Of a DNA stretch of 63,383 bases, positions 51,560 through 63,383 are shown one piece after another. The first letter of the stretch is position 1. The number at the start of each line of letters is the position of its first letter. A program made the position numbers and the translations under genes. The notes under the pieces are model-generated. The model made no database searches and was not told where the DNA came from. It saw only the letters and a program-made list of their open reading frames with translations. The DNA is from Mizuhopecten yessoensis. Its lineage: Eukaryota. The stretch is from positions 785,013 through 848,395 of the forward strand of contig NW_018480063.1 of assembly GCF_002113885.1 (NCBI RefSeq). The letters are read 5' to 3'.

Positions 51560-54500
51560 AAATGCCCCGTCGTCCGTCCCTCGGTTTCTATAGTTGTGCA
51601 GGTTTTATTTTGAGACTAATCAGAAAAACAAGATGGCAGCCATTTAGGATTTGAATAGTTCAAATTTGATATCACAATTTCTCATGAATTATGTGACAGA
51701 TCTTCTTATATTTCATAATATATGTGAATTCCCCCTTGATCCTTTAAAAATTGTACATGTTTCATTTCGGAACTGATCAGAAAACAAAATGACCGACATG
51801 AAGCCATCTTGGATTATGACAGTTTAAGTTTGCTAGGCCTATCACTTTTTTTCAAGAAGTACTTGACATTTCTTTCTCAAATTTCATATGTGGTTTCCAT
51901 TGGTCCATATAGCTGTGCATTTTCATTTTGAGACAGAAATAAAGATGACTGCCTCAGGCAAGCAACCATCTTGGATTTTGAGAGATTTAAGAATTATTTA
52001 TCATGTATGTAGATCTATATAACTCCTTGAGAAATAGCGATAACAATAGTGAAAATGAAATAACTTTGTGTCTGTTCAGTATTTTTTGTGTGAAATAGAA
52101 TTGTTTAAGAATGGGTGGACCAGGGACGAAGGGCGATTTGATCAGCCCTTATCTGATGATGATGGGCTCATTTTTTTTAACTTTTCCCCTGGAACCATTA
52201 CAGTACGCATATATTCGTAAAAGAATAGAACTGAGTAAATTGCCAAGTGTAACAGTGTTAATCAGTTATGGATCCCTGGGTGTATGGGTTACAGGTTTAC
52301 TCGTGATATCTAGGGGTACTTTCGTGTATCCGGTTGAAACGGTTGAACCTGTAAAGAAAACGACAGGCACAGATTTGGACCAAGGCTGACCTCAGGAAAT
52401 TTTGGCACGTGTAAATTGAGGGGTCCAGACGTACCCGACTCAAACTAAAATGCTGACTTTTGCTAGTTTGCGTTATTTCTTTCTCAAACAATGTCAAGTG
52501 GACACATGAAAGTAGGGCATACTATTCTTGATACACTGTTTTTTATTCTCCGAAACTGTGCAATTTTAGCTCTGCTTATAGAACTGTCCAAGTGCGTTCG
52601 TTTATTGTAGAATATTTCTGCGCCACACGTACCGGTTCAAACGGGATACGCGTATGCAAAACTGAGTCCTTACGATCCTTCCAATACATTCTATACTTGA
52701 ATTGAAATGTATGAAACATTGAAATGTAACAAAAAGAGATAACATAAAATTACAGCAAAGTTGAATTATTTATGGAATGTGTAAGAGAAGAGATATCAAT
52801 TATAGGAATTGTCTCCCTTGGCAATTTTTTCAAAAAAAAAAAAAAGGAATTGCTTAGGCATTGACTCCCTATACCCATCTTGCACCCAATTGGTAAACCT
52901 CGGGTGACTCCACTACATTTAATCATAAGTTTGTGAGGAACAAGCCCTGAGGAGTTCTGCCTGATCTGGCACCATACAAAAAATGCCCGAGTGCTTTTTA
53001 ATTACGGAGGCACATTTCGCTCAAACTTCAGCTGAGCCTTTGCATTTATATAGTTTAAATCCTGAACAAACAAATAATCTCAGTCATATCTAGTCATATT
53101 TGATTAAGTATTATAAGAAAAACCATTGACAAATCGGAGTGCAGAATATGCTAACTAATTATGAGCAGATTCACTGATTAACATAATTGTGATGAAGTTT
53201 GCACTTTACATTTGTATAAAGTGTATTTTCTAAAGTTTCATCAGGAAATAGTCATAATTGATTTAGTTAATGTTCAGAAACTGATGACCAATCAGAGTGC
53301 AATATGCAACATGTAATTAATTATCTATGGTTTTGCTCAATTTCTATCACAAAATAAAGAAATAACCACAATGTTGTAAATTTAACTTTTATTCACTTGC
53401 TGTTTATATACATACAGCATGTATACAATATATTTAAATAAAATGGCAATTTTTATTCCAATTTTAGATATGGTAGATTGTTAACAAAACAAATTATAAT
53501 CACATTCATCAGCCACATTCTATCACAATTAGACAAGGCACCCTGATAATAAAACCATTCACTTTAGGAGATTTCTGAAAGTGAACGCTTTTTTTCCCCA
53601 TAAATGTAAAGAACAACTTAAACATGAAAACTTTTATTTTTTTTGGTGAAAATAAAGCCTTTTTTTAAAATTAACTGATCAAATATGTAGAAGACACTTT
53701 GTCATATCATCACTATGATCATATTTACATGGAAATACATGTATACAATTGTAAAAACTGCTAATACAAATTGTACAAAAATACTGGTATGATGATGATT
53801 TGTGCTCAACAATTACAATTAACAGACAAGTGATGTTATGTATACCTTATTTTATGTAATAAGGGCAAAGGGTGCGGGTAATAGAGAGAAAGGGCATCCT
53901 TATTAAGTAATAATTACCTGGAGTTTTCTGCCCTAGTATTATACAGTGCATGTATTATATACTAACAATTACCGAAGTATGCCAAGCTGTGTGCATATAT
54001 TCGTAGCTGGGTAGCTGTGAGTGAAAAGCACTCTGTTTTCCTGAACTAAGAGCATGCTGTCAAAGATGTAAAGTTACAACTGGTCCTCTTAGGTGCCTGA
54101 CAACCTAAAATCAGGTGCAAGTTATATTGCATTTTGTGTAACCTGATATAACTTTGGATTCCAACTTTTTTGTCATGTTAACATAGACAATGTGAATTTT
54201 ACCTATACAATTTCACATATTCATAGCTGGTATATCATACATACACACTAGAAATTGCTGTTGTTTTCTCTTTTCTGAAGACTGAAAGAGACACCCAAAA
54301 CTGCTCCTAGCCAGACAACAGGAAATACAGCCCCCCATCCATACCTCATCGCCAAGTCCAAAAAATCAAGTATCCCCTCAGTCAAAGGTAGGTCAACCAT
54401 TATTCTGTTCATATTAATTACCCTTGGTTTTTAAGGGACATTAGGTATGGAAATAACACACAGCTGAACTTTTAAGCATTGCAGATTTTTTTCAGGAAGA

Positions 54501-55528
54501 TAGGATTATTTTCTTTTTAATTCGTAACATTTTTTTTTCTCCCTTAATTCATTTTTTTTTCTCCCTAGGGATATTACGGGTGTCCTTGGTTGCATGTTTT
54601 AAGAGTTGTACAGTATCATTGTGCACAAGGCAGGAACATGCACTGTTTTTGAGTCATTTGAAAAATTATAAGAGTTATTCTGTATGTAGGCACACTGAAA
54701 CTGTTCTTGCTCTCAAAAACTTGTGGCCACACACACCCTCTTATTTTTGTTGGTGTTTTTTTGGTAGCAGTGTACAGGAGCATACGGTGGCCAAGGGTGA
54801 TATTTTTGTACAATGAATAACCCCTGTAATATTACATGTATCAAAACTTAAAAACAAATTCAGCACTTAAATTGGCATATATATGATGAAGTGGGATGTA
54901 GGATTCACATTTAAAAATAAAATAATCGAATTTGGTTTGAGACTCCATTTTTGGCCATTTACAAATCTGTGTCTACACAACAAAAGCTAGCTTTTCATGT
55001 AGTCTATTTTTGTACTCAGCCTATGTGTAAATATTGTGAACAAGAGGCCCAAGGGCCTTAGCGGTCACCTGAGTTATATGAAAATCAGCATGTAAACTAA
55101 GTGAAATACAATACTTGTCATGTCATCAAAGGAATTTTAAAATATTGGTAAATGTTCCCTTTGGGGCCCCGCCCTAGCTTGGGGATGGGGCAGAAATTCC
55201 AGGAGCTTCATTATTGAGGGTCCCCCTTTCTCCTCGACAGTAAGCCCTCTATTACAGAATTGTTTTTACCCTTTGCATGTAAGATAGGTTTCCATAACAG
55301 AAATGCCCTTCACTGATTGGTGAGCCTCCATTACAGAGTTTCCTTTCTCCAGGAGATGGTTGACTTAACTCTAGGGTGGGACCCTTCACAGCACAGCTGT
55401 CTTTCCCCAAGGATGGGGACCTCCATTGTGGAGTTGCTTTTACCCCAATTGGGAGACAACTATAACAAAGCTGTCTTCAACTGATCCTATTCAAACTCTA
55501 ATGTTTAATGAACAGTCCTAATCAGACA

Positions 55529-58500
55529 TCAATGTTTCCAACCAACAATGTGACCATCCACCATCTGAGGCTCCAGGAATCCGCGGAACTCCTTGCCATC
55601 AGGATTCCATCTTGCACCGTAACCTTGAAAATACAAACAAGGCCAATGCTATCTTAAACAACTGCATGATAGCAATAGTACAAGTCATCTTCATTTAAGG
55701 AATGTTAGTCTATACCAGGTACATGTATATCATCATTAAAGTAATCATTACAACAATTATTAAAAAGAAATCTGAAAGCTAATCCAAATTATTGCATTTT
55801 ACAATGATGAATATCTATGGATCAATTCTGCCCCCACTTCATATTATGAACAGATAACATCAGAATTTGCTCTTCCAACAAAAATATTTAAACCAATTAC
55901 TTGTATAGTATTAAAACCTTTTATTATATGTCATTTTTTAAGCAAAGCACCAAGAATTTGGTCCTGTGAATCCATCTACCACCCACTGCTTTCAATCATT
56001 ATAATAATAAACTTTATTTATTGAGGATACAGTTTATTATTATAATGGTTGAAAGCAGTGGGTGGTAGATGGATTCACAGGACCAAATTCTTGGTGCTTT
56101 AATAATAATAATAATAATAATAAATAATAATAGACTTTATTTAAATTCGATAACACATTGAGTCAATGACTCGTCTCACATGTGGTCGACATAAAATGTA
56201 CAATATTTACAACAGAAAAAGCTTTGCTTAAAAAAATGACATATAATAAAAGGCTTTAATACTATACAAGTAAGTACTGGTGTAACAGTCAAAGTATCTG
56301 TAACAATACTTGTTAGTGAAAAAATCTATAGTTACCCTCTCCATGTCTAACTTCCAAAATGATGACGTCTTGCTGCAAGGCAATGAAAATATTGAATTTT
56401 TTGAGTGTGTGTGTTTTGTTTCATACGTTGTAAAGCAATTATATAACAACTGTATTAACATTCAACAGCTCATGACACTATGCAGGGTATCATAAGAATA
56501 CCATAGTTTGATATACATAAGTACTATTACCAGTAATCTGACCATCAATGCTTAGACCTATACATCTACATAGTTTAAATATAGTTGGCTTGACCAGACC
56601 TGTATATAGATAACTATTGTTTGACTTGCGTTATATTAAGATCTACTGGGTGCGCATTACAATGTGAGTAACAGCTCACAAAATATGAAACATCTAATAT
56701 TAGGTATTGTATGAACTACACAGGTATAACATGATCTACATATGTCATATGATATGGTCTACACAGGCAGGATATACCCGATAGTCTACACAGGTATGAG
56801 TGAGATAGCCTACGCAGGGGTATGGTAAGGCTTACACAGGTTTGATATGAACTATACAGTCAAGTATATGACCTACATAGGCATGAGGTAACCTACACAG
56901 GTATGAGGCTTACAAAGGTTTGATATGGTCAACACAGGTACGAAATTGCTTACACAGGTATAATATGAACTACACAGTCAAGTATATGACCTACATAGGT
57001 ATGAGGCAACCTACACAGGTATGAGGCTTACACAGGTTTGATATGGTCAACACAGGTATGAAATGGCTTACACAGGTATGATATGAACTACACAGTCAAG
57101 TATATGACCTACATAGGGATGAGGTAACCTACACAGGTATGATATAGCCTACGCAGGGGTATGATAAGGCTTACAAAGGTTTGATATGGTCAACACAGAA
57201 AATTAAGTGGATCAACAGGTATGATATGAACTACACAGTCAAGTATATGACCTACATAGGTATGAGGTAACCTACACAGGTATGATATAGCCTACGCAGG
57301 GGTATGATAAGGCTTACAAAGGTTTGATATGGTCAACACAGGTATGAAATGGCTTACACAGGTATGATATGACCTACACAGATATGACACGGCCGGTATT
57401 ATAGGTACAATGTGGTCTACACATGCACAGGTATGACATGGCCGGTACAGGTACAATGTGGTCTACATAGGTATGAAAGTGTCTGTACAGGTGTGAAATA
57501 TCTACTCACAGGAAGCCAGTGGATATTGATCCAGGTAGCATTGTCCAACACTTTATTCATTTTATCTAGGGCATTCTTGTTCTTTGCACTCTCATCTGGA
57601 AGAAAAGAATGATTCTGAATTGTGTGGCATCATTTTGTTTCAGTTCAAATGAAATACTTTAATGCAAAAAACATAAATTTTGTTTAAATCCTTAAGTAGA
57701 AGTTATAGGAATTTGATAGATGCATTGTAGAAAATTACCAATTTATCTTAATATACTATAAATTAATGTTTTTATATTCAATTTGACTAAACTGAAAATG
57801 CAGATGTACACTCATGTATTTTTTGACAAAAATTTGGCCAAAGACAGTATTTTTGTTCCAGTCCATGACAGGAGACTTACTTCCAGTGCAGTTGCCCCAC
57901 CAGGAGTCAGTCTGATCCCGATGATGGTGCTTAGCCAAGGCCCTCGCTCCCACAGACAGCTCAGCACTGGCTCTAGAACAAACATTGTAACGGTACTGAT
58001 CAATAATGATGGAATGTGTTGCACATTGGGTTTTAAGTTGGTTCAGTCACCTTCCATTCAAGGTAAGAAGCTGGATAGTGAAAAGCTTTCGACGACTCGC
58101 AGATCTGCAAATTTCAAATATCTGAGATTTTATTGTCACTTTTAACCTCATTCTTATTAGATGTGCTACAATGTTAACCATTTTTTGCTGTTACTAGGAA
58201 CCAACAGCATCCACCTCCCTCTCATTTGAAATCTCCACCTGGCTTGAATATTGGAGGGAAATTGCTTTAAAAAACAGAACTGTTCTCCAAAGCAATGGCT
58301 GAGTACGACAACTGGACCAGTGATGTCTGAACTAATGATAAATGACTCATTATCTTTGCTTGTCATGTCACTTTGATATTTTATAATAATAGTAAACATT
58401 ACAAAACTTTGATGTGAGGCAGGTGGGGATAAAAGTATCTTAATTACAAATAAACTGGTACACAGAAATAAAAGACATGAAAAAGTACTTTCTTTTTTAT

Positions 58501-61500
58501 TTGAAACTGAATGAATTTACAATTGTCTGAGGTTGTCCATGTTTTTCTTTACTTACGAGTGTTTCTTTGTGAATGCTTCCTCTAGAACTTTTCTTGGAGG
58601 TGGAAATATTTCCCGGGTTCCAACGGTATTTCTTATACCAAATAAGTCCATCAATCCTCTCTTTCCCAATGTCTACAAATAAAGCCAGGTTATATAAGCC
58701 TCCAGCTAACTGATAACCCAGTAGTCTGTATATTGCTTTGCAATTTTAAACTTTATTTATTATTCAACAATTATGAAACAACTTTTATTATCTAATATTT
58801 AACACTCTTATTGGCCCCGATGGAAGCAACCAGGTTAATGTCTTCAATGTGGGAGAAAACAGGATTACCCAGAAAACAGGAGTACCCAGAAAACAGGAGT
58901 ACCTAGAAAACAGGAGTAAAACAGGAGTACACAGAAAACAGGAGTACCCAGAAAACAGGAGTACCAGAAAACAGGAGTACCTAGAAAACAGGAGTACCCA
59001 GAAAACAGGAGTACACAGAAAACAGGAGTACCCAGAAAACAGGAGTACCAGAAAACAGGAGTACACAGAAAACAGGAGTACCTAGAAAACAGGAGTACCC
59101 AGAAAACAGGAGTACACAGAAAACAGGAGTACCCAGAAAACAGGAGTACAAAGAAAACAGGAGTACCCAGAAAACAGGAGTACCCAGAAAACAGGAGTAC
59201 CAAGAAAACAGGAGTACCCAGAAAACAGGAGTACAAAGAAAACAGGAGTACCCAGAAAACAGGAGTACCCAGAAAACAGGAGAACAGGAGTACCCAGAAA
59301 ACAGGAGTACCCAGAAAACAGGAGTACAAAGAAAACAGGAGTACCCAGAAAACAGGAGTACAAAGAAAACAGGAGTACCCAGAAAACAGGAGTACAAAGA
59401 AAACAGGAGTACCCAGAAAACAGGAGTACAAAGAAAACAGGAGTACCCAGAAAACAGGAGTACAAAGAAAACAGGAGTACCCAGAAAACAGGAGTACCCA
59501 GAAAACAGGAGAACAGGAGTACCCAGAAAACAGGAGTACCCAGAAAACAGGAGTACAAAGAAAACAGGAGTACCCAGAAAACAGGAGTACAAAGAAAACA
59601 GGAGTACCCAGAAAACAGGAGTACAAAGAAAACAGGAGTACCCAGAAAACAGGAGTACCCAGAAAACAGGAGTACAAAGAAAACAGGGGTACCCAGAAAA
59701 CAGGAGTACCACCCAGAATACAGGAGTACCAAGAAAAAAACAGTGTGGTTGGACAGCCGACCCATTTCACAGCAGCAGTGAAATGAACCCTCACTGTCTT
59801 GTGTTGGCCCTCTAAATAAAGCTTAAAAGCAATTGTATACCGTTATATACTGTCTATTTTGGGGCAGTCTATCATGAAGGAATTGTTTATCCACGACGTA
59901 GTTTGTACATTTATATGTCTGTCTGTGAAATAAAACCAAAGAGCATGAAAAAGTTGCTTTGAGAGTTGCCACTGTTTAAAGAGAAGAAAGAAATTTGAAG
60001 AAACTAGACCTGTTACTTTCACAATAGCAAGTTCCAATTTTAAACAGTCATATCCTGAAAATGTATTGCAGAAATAGCTTTACTAGCTTTCAGCTTAGTC
60101 ATATCTCTTCTGACTCAATTTTAAAACATATATATACATACCACCAAGATGTCTCTGATTCTATATTTTCTCTCCTCTACACCAAAACACAAAATACCTA
60201 TCCCTCCCATACACACACACAGGACCATATGTCAATTTTAAAACACATATATATACATACCACCAAGATGTCTCTGATCCGGTACTTCCTCTCCTCTACA
60301 CCCCAGATGTCCCATAGACTCTTCAGTCCATCCAGTAATGGTGTTATGGCCTGGAAACTAGCCAGCCTGAAAATTAAGTGGATCAACATTGACAGCCTCT
60401 CTGAGGATTTCCATGTCTTACTTTCATTTAATGAAAAGAAGAGTTCATTCCAGGCAAAAACATAAACCATATGTTATTTTTGGAGGTAATTAAATCATTA
60501 TAAAATTAGTCAGATTTCACATTGTTATTTGCTTGTCACATACTGTATATAAACAGTTATCACTTTCATATTAATAGATAGGTTCTTTTAATACATAATC
60601 ACTTTCATATTAATCGATAGGTTCTTTTAATACGTAAAGTGTCAGTCATGGATACATTAATGATTTCATTTGCAATCTGTCATTTAAAAAAAAGAAAAAA
60701 TGAGGTTAATGAAAAGTGTTTTACCTGGATTCAACATATGTATTTTCATCTAAAAGGTCATATTTGGGTAGATCCAAAACTGGACAGGACCTAAAGGATA
60801 AACTAAGTATGAATTAAACATTAAAATATTGATGGCATTGACAAAATACATATTTAATTTTTGTACATATAACAAACAACAAAAAAAGCTATTAAAAAAA
60901 TTGTATAGTTGAACTTTATAACTTTGTAGCCATAATCCAATAAAAATTCAAGTCAGATTAGATAAAAATTGGTATTCCTATCAACAAAATATCTTCTCTA
61001 TCATAAATACATGTATAATTGTTATTCTTTAATTAAAGCAACAGCTAGCATAACCCTAGTACCTATTTCCAAACCAGGTACCAATAGATCAAAGAGTTAT
61101 CCAGTTTTATCCATATATGGTAAATAATATTTTCAAGATATCATCTATGAATTAAAGATCACCAAACTGTCAGTATCAGCATGTCTTAAGTGTACTCCAA
61201 CAGTGTTAGAGGTTTTACACGGCGAGATACTTTTGACAGTCGCAGTGGTGAGGCAGCATCAGATTTAACAGGGCGTTAAAGAAATCACAATTTACAGTAA
61301 CTTAGTCTAACATCCTGGTACAACAAAAAGCTCAGAGTCTATTTGGCGAAAAGTACTAACCTATTATCCATCCACAATTTAAGCATAGTCCCCAAGTCCC
61401 TGTATAATGGAAACGAGGGATATCCTAGAATAGTCTCCCTTTGCTTTGAGTCAACATTGTCTTCATCTAGAAGGTGATACAAGTCCTCATCCTTCAAAAT

Positions 61501-62617
61501 TTTGTCACATCTCTTCATTTCATCTGTCAGTATCTGGAATAAGTAAATTAATTTGATTAAATTTCAACCTTTAAAAGACACTTAATTTAAATGCCTGATG
61601 ATGAAAACTGATTGGTGTGCACCTGCAACATAGAAATGACCACAATGGAGACAGTTCAGGGCCTCAGTACTTTTTGTCCCAAGACTGACACAAGTGTAAT
61701 AGGACGAGAAATACAGTGATAAAGCAAGTGCCGTCGCTGGGGCTCGAACGCGCAACCATTGACTCTCCATCCTGATGCTCTACTGCTGAGTTAAAGGGAA
61801 ATTCTTTACAGCTGACACTTGTAAGGCAACCTAATCAATGCACTTCTTTTACTCTATTCACCCCTTTTTTTCTAACACTAATCCAGGTTCTTTGACTCCC
61901 CACCAAGGGTTCTCTTACCTTGAATGGGGAGGGTCAACGGCACCAGTTTGTAATTGGATGAGAAATAGTGATAAAGAAAGTGCCATCGCTGGGGCTCGAA
62001 CCTACCACCCTTGGCTATCCAGCCTGATGCTCTACTGCTGAGCTAAATGAAATTCCCTACAGCTGACGCTTATAAGGCAACCAAATCAATGCATTTCTTT
62101 TTCACATTCCTTCATAGATATTTGCTTTTTGTTATCATATTTTAATTTAATCCTAAGTTACATGCACGCACATAGATCTGTTTTGAATTGGGTTTTTTAT
62201 GATTTTTTTTAATAAAAGATTTGTGAATTATTTGTTGTTGATGCTAAAACAGACTTTGAAAAACTGTTATAATTGTAGCGAAACTGGACTGGGTCGATCG
62301 TCGGCGACCAGATGCCCAATTGGTTGAGCATCCGTCTAGAGTTCGGAAGGTCCCGGATTCGAACCCCGGTCTGGCCGTGCATTTTCCTCTCCTGTTACTT
62401 AATAGCACAGGCAAATGCGTCAGGTCAGTAATCCGGCCTGACGCATTTGCCTGTGATAATAGTAAAAAAAAAACTACTTTAAAAATAACGTTTTCCTATG
62501 TATATTTTATCCACTCTTTGTCAATTTGTGAACAGAGTCAATGATGTCACGGCACACTCTTAACATACTTACCATTTTAACATAACTAGGAAAATCTATA
62601 TTTCCGTCTGAAGACAT
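55529..62617 (-). CDS. Uncharacterised conserved protein (271 aa, 9 coding exons) with GARALAKH / GYGARW / F-GFLEP C-terminal domain
   Basis: Exons 62617-62573, 61533-61361, 60790-60725, 60366-60261, 58672-58557, 57972-57881, 57595-57510, 56372-56336, 55623-55529. All GT-AG, phase-consistent, 816 nt with no internal stop. C-terminal half: LGKRGLMDLFGIRNTVGTREIFPPPRKVLEEAFTKKHSASAELSVGARALAKHHHRDQTDSWWGNCTGNESAKNKNALDKMNKVLDNATWINIHWLPQDVIILEVRHGEGYGARWNPDGKEFRGFLEPQMVDGHIVGWKH. Candidate minus-strand AATAAA at 53388-53393. Confidence 0.88.
55897..56275. repeat. Long near-perfect inverted repeat (foldback), right arm split by a ~115-bp insertion
   Basis: 55944-56013 is the reverse complement of 56031-56100 (1 mismatch); 55897-55948 pairs with 56221-56273. 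Confidence 0.92.
56700..57509. repeat. Degenerate ~20-bp minisatellite (CAGGTATGATATGACCTACA) with ~118-143-bp higher-order repeats, abutting an exon donor
   Basis: Recurring CTACACAGGTATG. Higher-order marker GAACTACACAGTCAAGTATATGACCTACATAGG near 56849, 56967, 57085 and 57228. Confidence 0.9.
58800..59770 (-). repeat. 17-bp minisatellite (AGAAAACAGGAGTACCC, ~50 copies, 58853-59735) expanded inside a V-type SINE copy
   Basis: Direct periodicity; both flanks match the reverse complement of the 8552-8760 SINE. Confidence 0.92.
61695..62106 (-). mobile_element. Second tRNA-containing TRIM (Helenus-like)
   Basis: Direct repeats 61695-~61853 and 61949-62106, each with minus-strand CTCAGCAGTAGAGCATC and GTTCGAGCCCC. 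Minus-strand PBS TGGTGCCGTTGACC (tRNA-His-like) and PPT AGAAAAAAAGGGG lie between them. Confidence 0.75.
62274..62399 (+). mobile_element. Solo LTR of a tRNA-containing TRIM with 4-bp TSD (TAAT)
   Basis: TGTAGCG..CCCAATTGGTTGAGCATCCG..GGATTCGAACCCC..CTCCTGTTACT, flanked by TAAT at 62270-62273 and 62400-62403. Its 3' end matches the TCCTGTTAC end of the 14476 LTR. Confidence 0.7.
62406..62455. repeat. Perfect 19-bp-stem hairpin (mini-MITE-like)
   Basis: CACAGGCAAATGCGTCAGG / CCTGACGCATTTGCCTGTG with a 12-nt loop. Confidence 0.9.
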
Positions 62618-63154
62618 TGCTATAGAAATAAATAGGCGCCTTGATGAACAGTAGGTATAACATGCAGTAACCGCAGAACTGTAAACACAAGTGTGACCGG
62701 ACCGAGTGTGACGGACTGAATTCAACTGATATTCCTACTTCGTTTTTAACGTCATCATAAACGGGAAGGACCTAAATAAGCAAATGGTTTTTATACTGCA
62801 ACTGATGTAAAGATAATGAAATGACAAGAAAAGATCATTCTAGAACAGACTATCGAAAGCAAATTGACATTTTGCTGCAAGCTAAACAGGAAATTGTGAA
62901 ATGTGCATTCAAACAAAAGAACGATAACTCTGGGCAGATAACTCTAAGCTTCCGGTAGAAATCCAACCATAATTTACATTGACAACAGCTAAACACCGTG
63001 TTTTTTTGGTATTTTTGCATTCATATCTTTGTTGTATTGAGCGAATAGGACGTCTTAGTCGAAAGCAAACATTTTGGTAGGTATGCAAACAGTTTCGAAA
63101 ATGCATTTGATTTGATTGCAAATGACATTCATTAATGTATTTTTTCAAGTCTGC

Positions 63155-63383
63155 TTTTTAGGTCACCTGAGCTTTGCTCAAGTGACCTATTCCAATCGCT
63201 TTTCGTCCGTCGTCGTCCGTCGTCCGTCGTGCGTTGTGCGTAAACTTTTACATTTTCAACTTCTTCTCAAAAACCAGTGGATGGATTTTTTTCAAACTTG
63301 GTCAGAATCATCCTTGGTAGATGAGGCTTCAAAATTGTAAAATTGGGATTCCTACCCCCACCCCTGGGGCCAGGGCGGGGCCC
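63155..63383 (+). mobile_element. 5' part of a HINE-like element (truncated by window end)
   Basis: TTTTTAGGTCACCTGAGC..GCTCAAGTGACCTA inverted repeat followed by a (CGTC/CGT)n microsatellite and CATTTTCAACTTCTTCTC. Confidence 0.8.

Noticed and set aside
58788-59794. Long ORFs of 227-309 aa (LLFSGYSCFLGTPVFWV repeats)
   Set aside because: Stop-free by-product of the 17-bp minisatellite; open in all three minus frames and lying within an intron.

Overview
Eukaryotic, AT-rich, intron-containing genomic DNA. The repeat families and gene content suggest a mollusc, most likely a bivalve (inference). Most ORF-track entries are spurious, so genes were rebuilt by hand from GT-AG splice sites and phase continuity. 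Five protein-coding genes were found: (1) the first coding exon of a VAMP7-like longin SNARE (-, runs off the left edge); (2) a complete 4-exon ATP synthase subunit f gene (ATP5MF, -, 114 aa); (3) an F-box/LRR-type gene with a single coding exon (+, 460 aa), head-to-head with ATP5MF; (4) a 14-coding-exon SLC38A10 gene (-, ~1001 aa) with a Q/G-repeat tail; (5) a complete 9-exon gene (-, 271 aa) for an uncharacterised protein with a GARALAKH...GYGARW...F-GFLEP domain. From recollection, that domain resembles the C-terminus of plant ASCH-domain proteins and bacterial polymorphic-toxin tip domains. The remainder is rich in Helentron-associated non-autonomous elements (HINE-like), tRNA-derived SINEs, tRNA-containing TRIMs (Helenus-like), MITEs, LINE/Penelope relics and minisatellites. 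Most notable observations: tandem arrays and duplications that begin exactly at 5' splice donors and reiterate them; a duplicated exon end differing only by synonymous changes; the toxin-like gene; TRIMs with tRNA-like Pol III promoters in their LTRs; and a minisatellite born inside a SINE.
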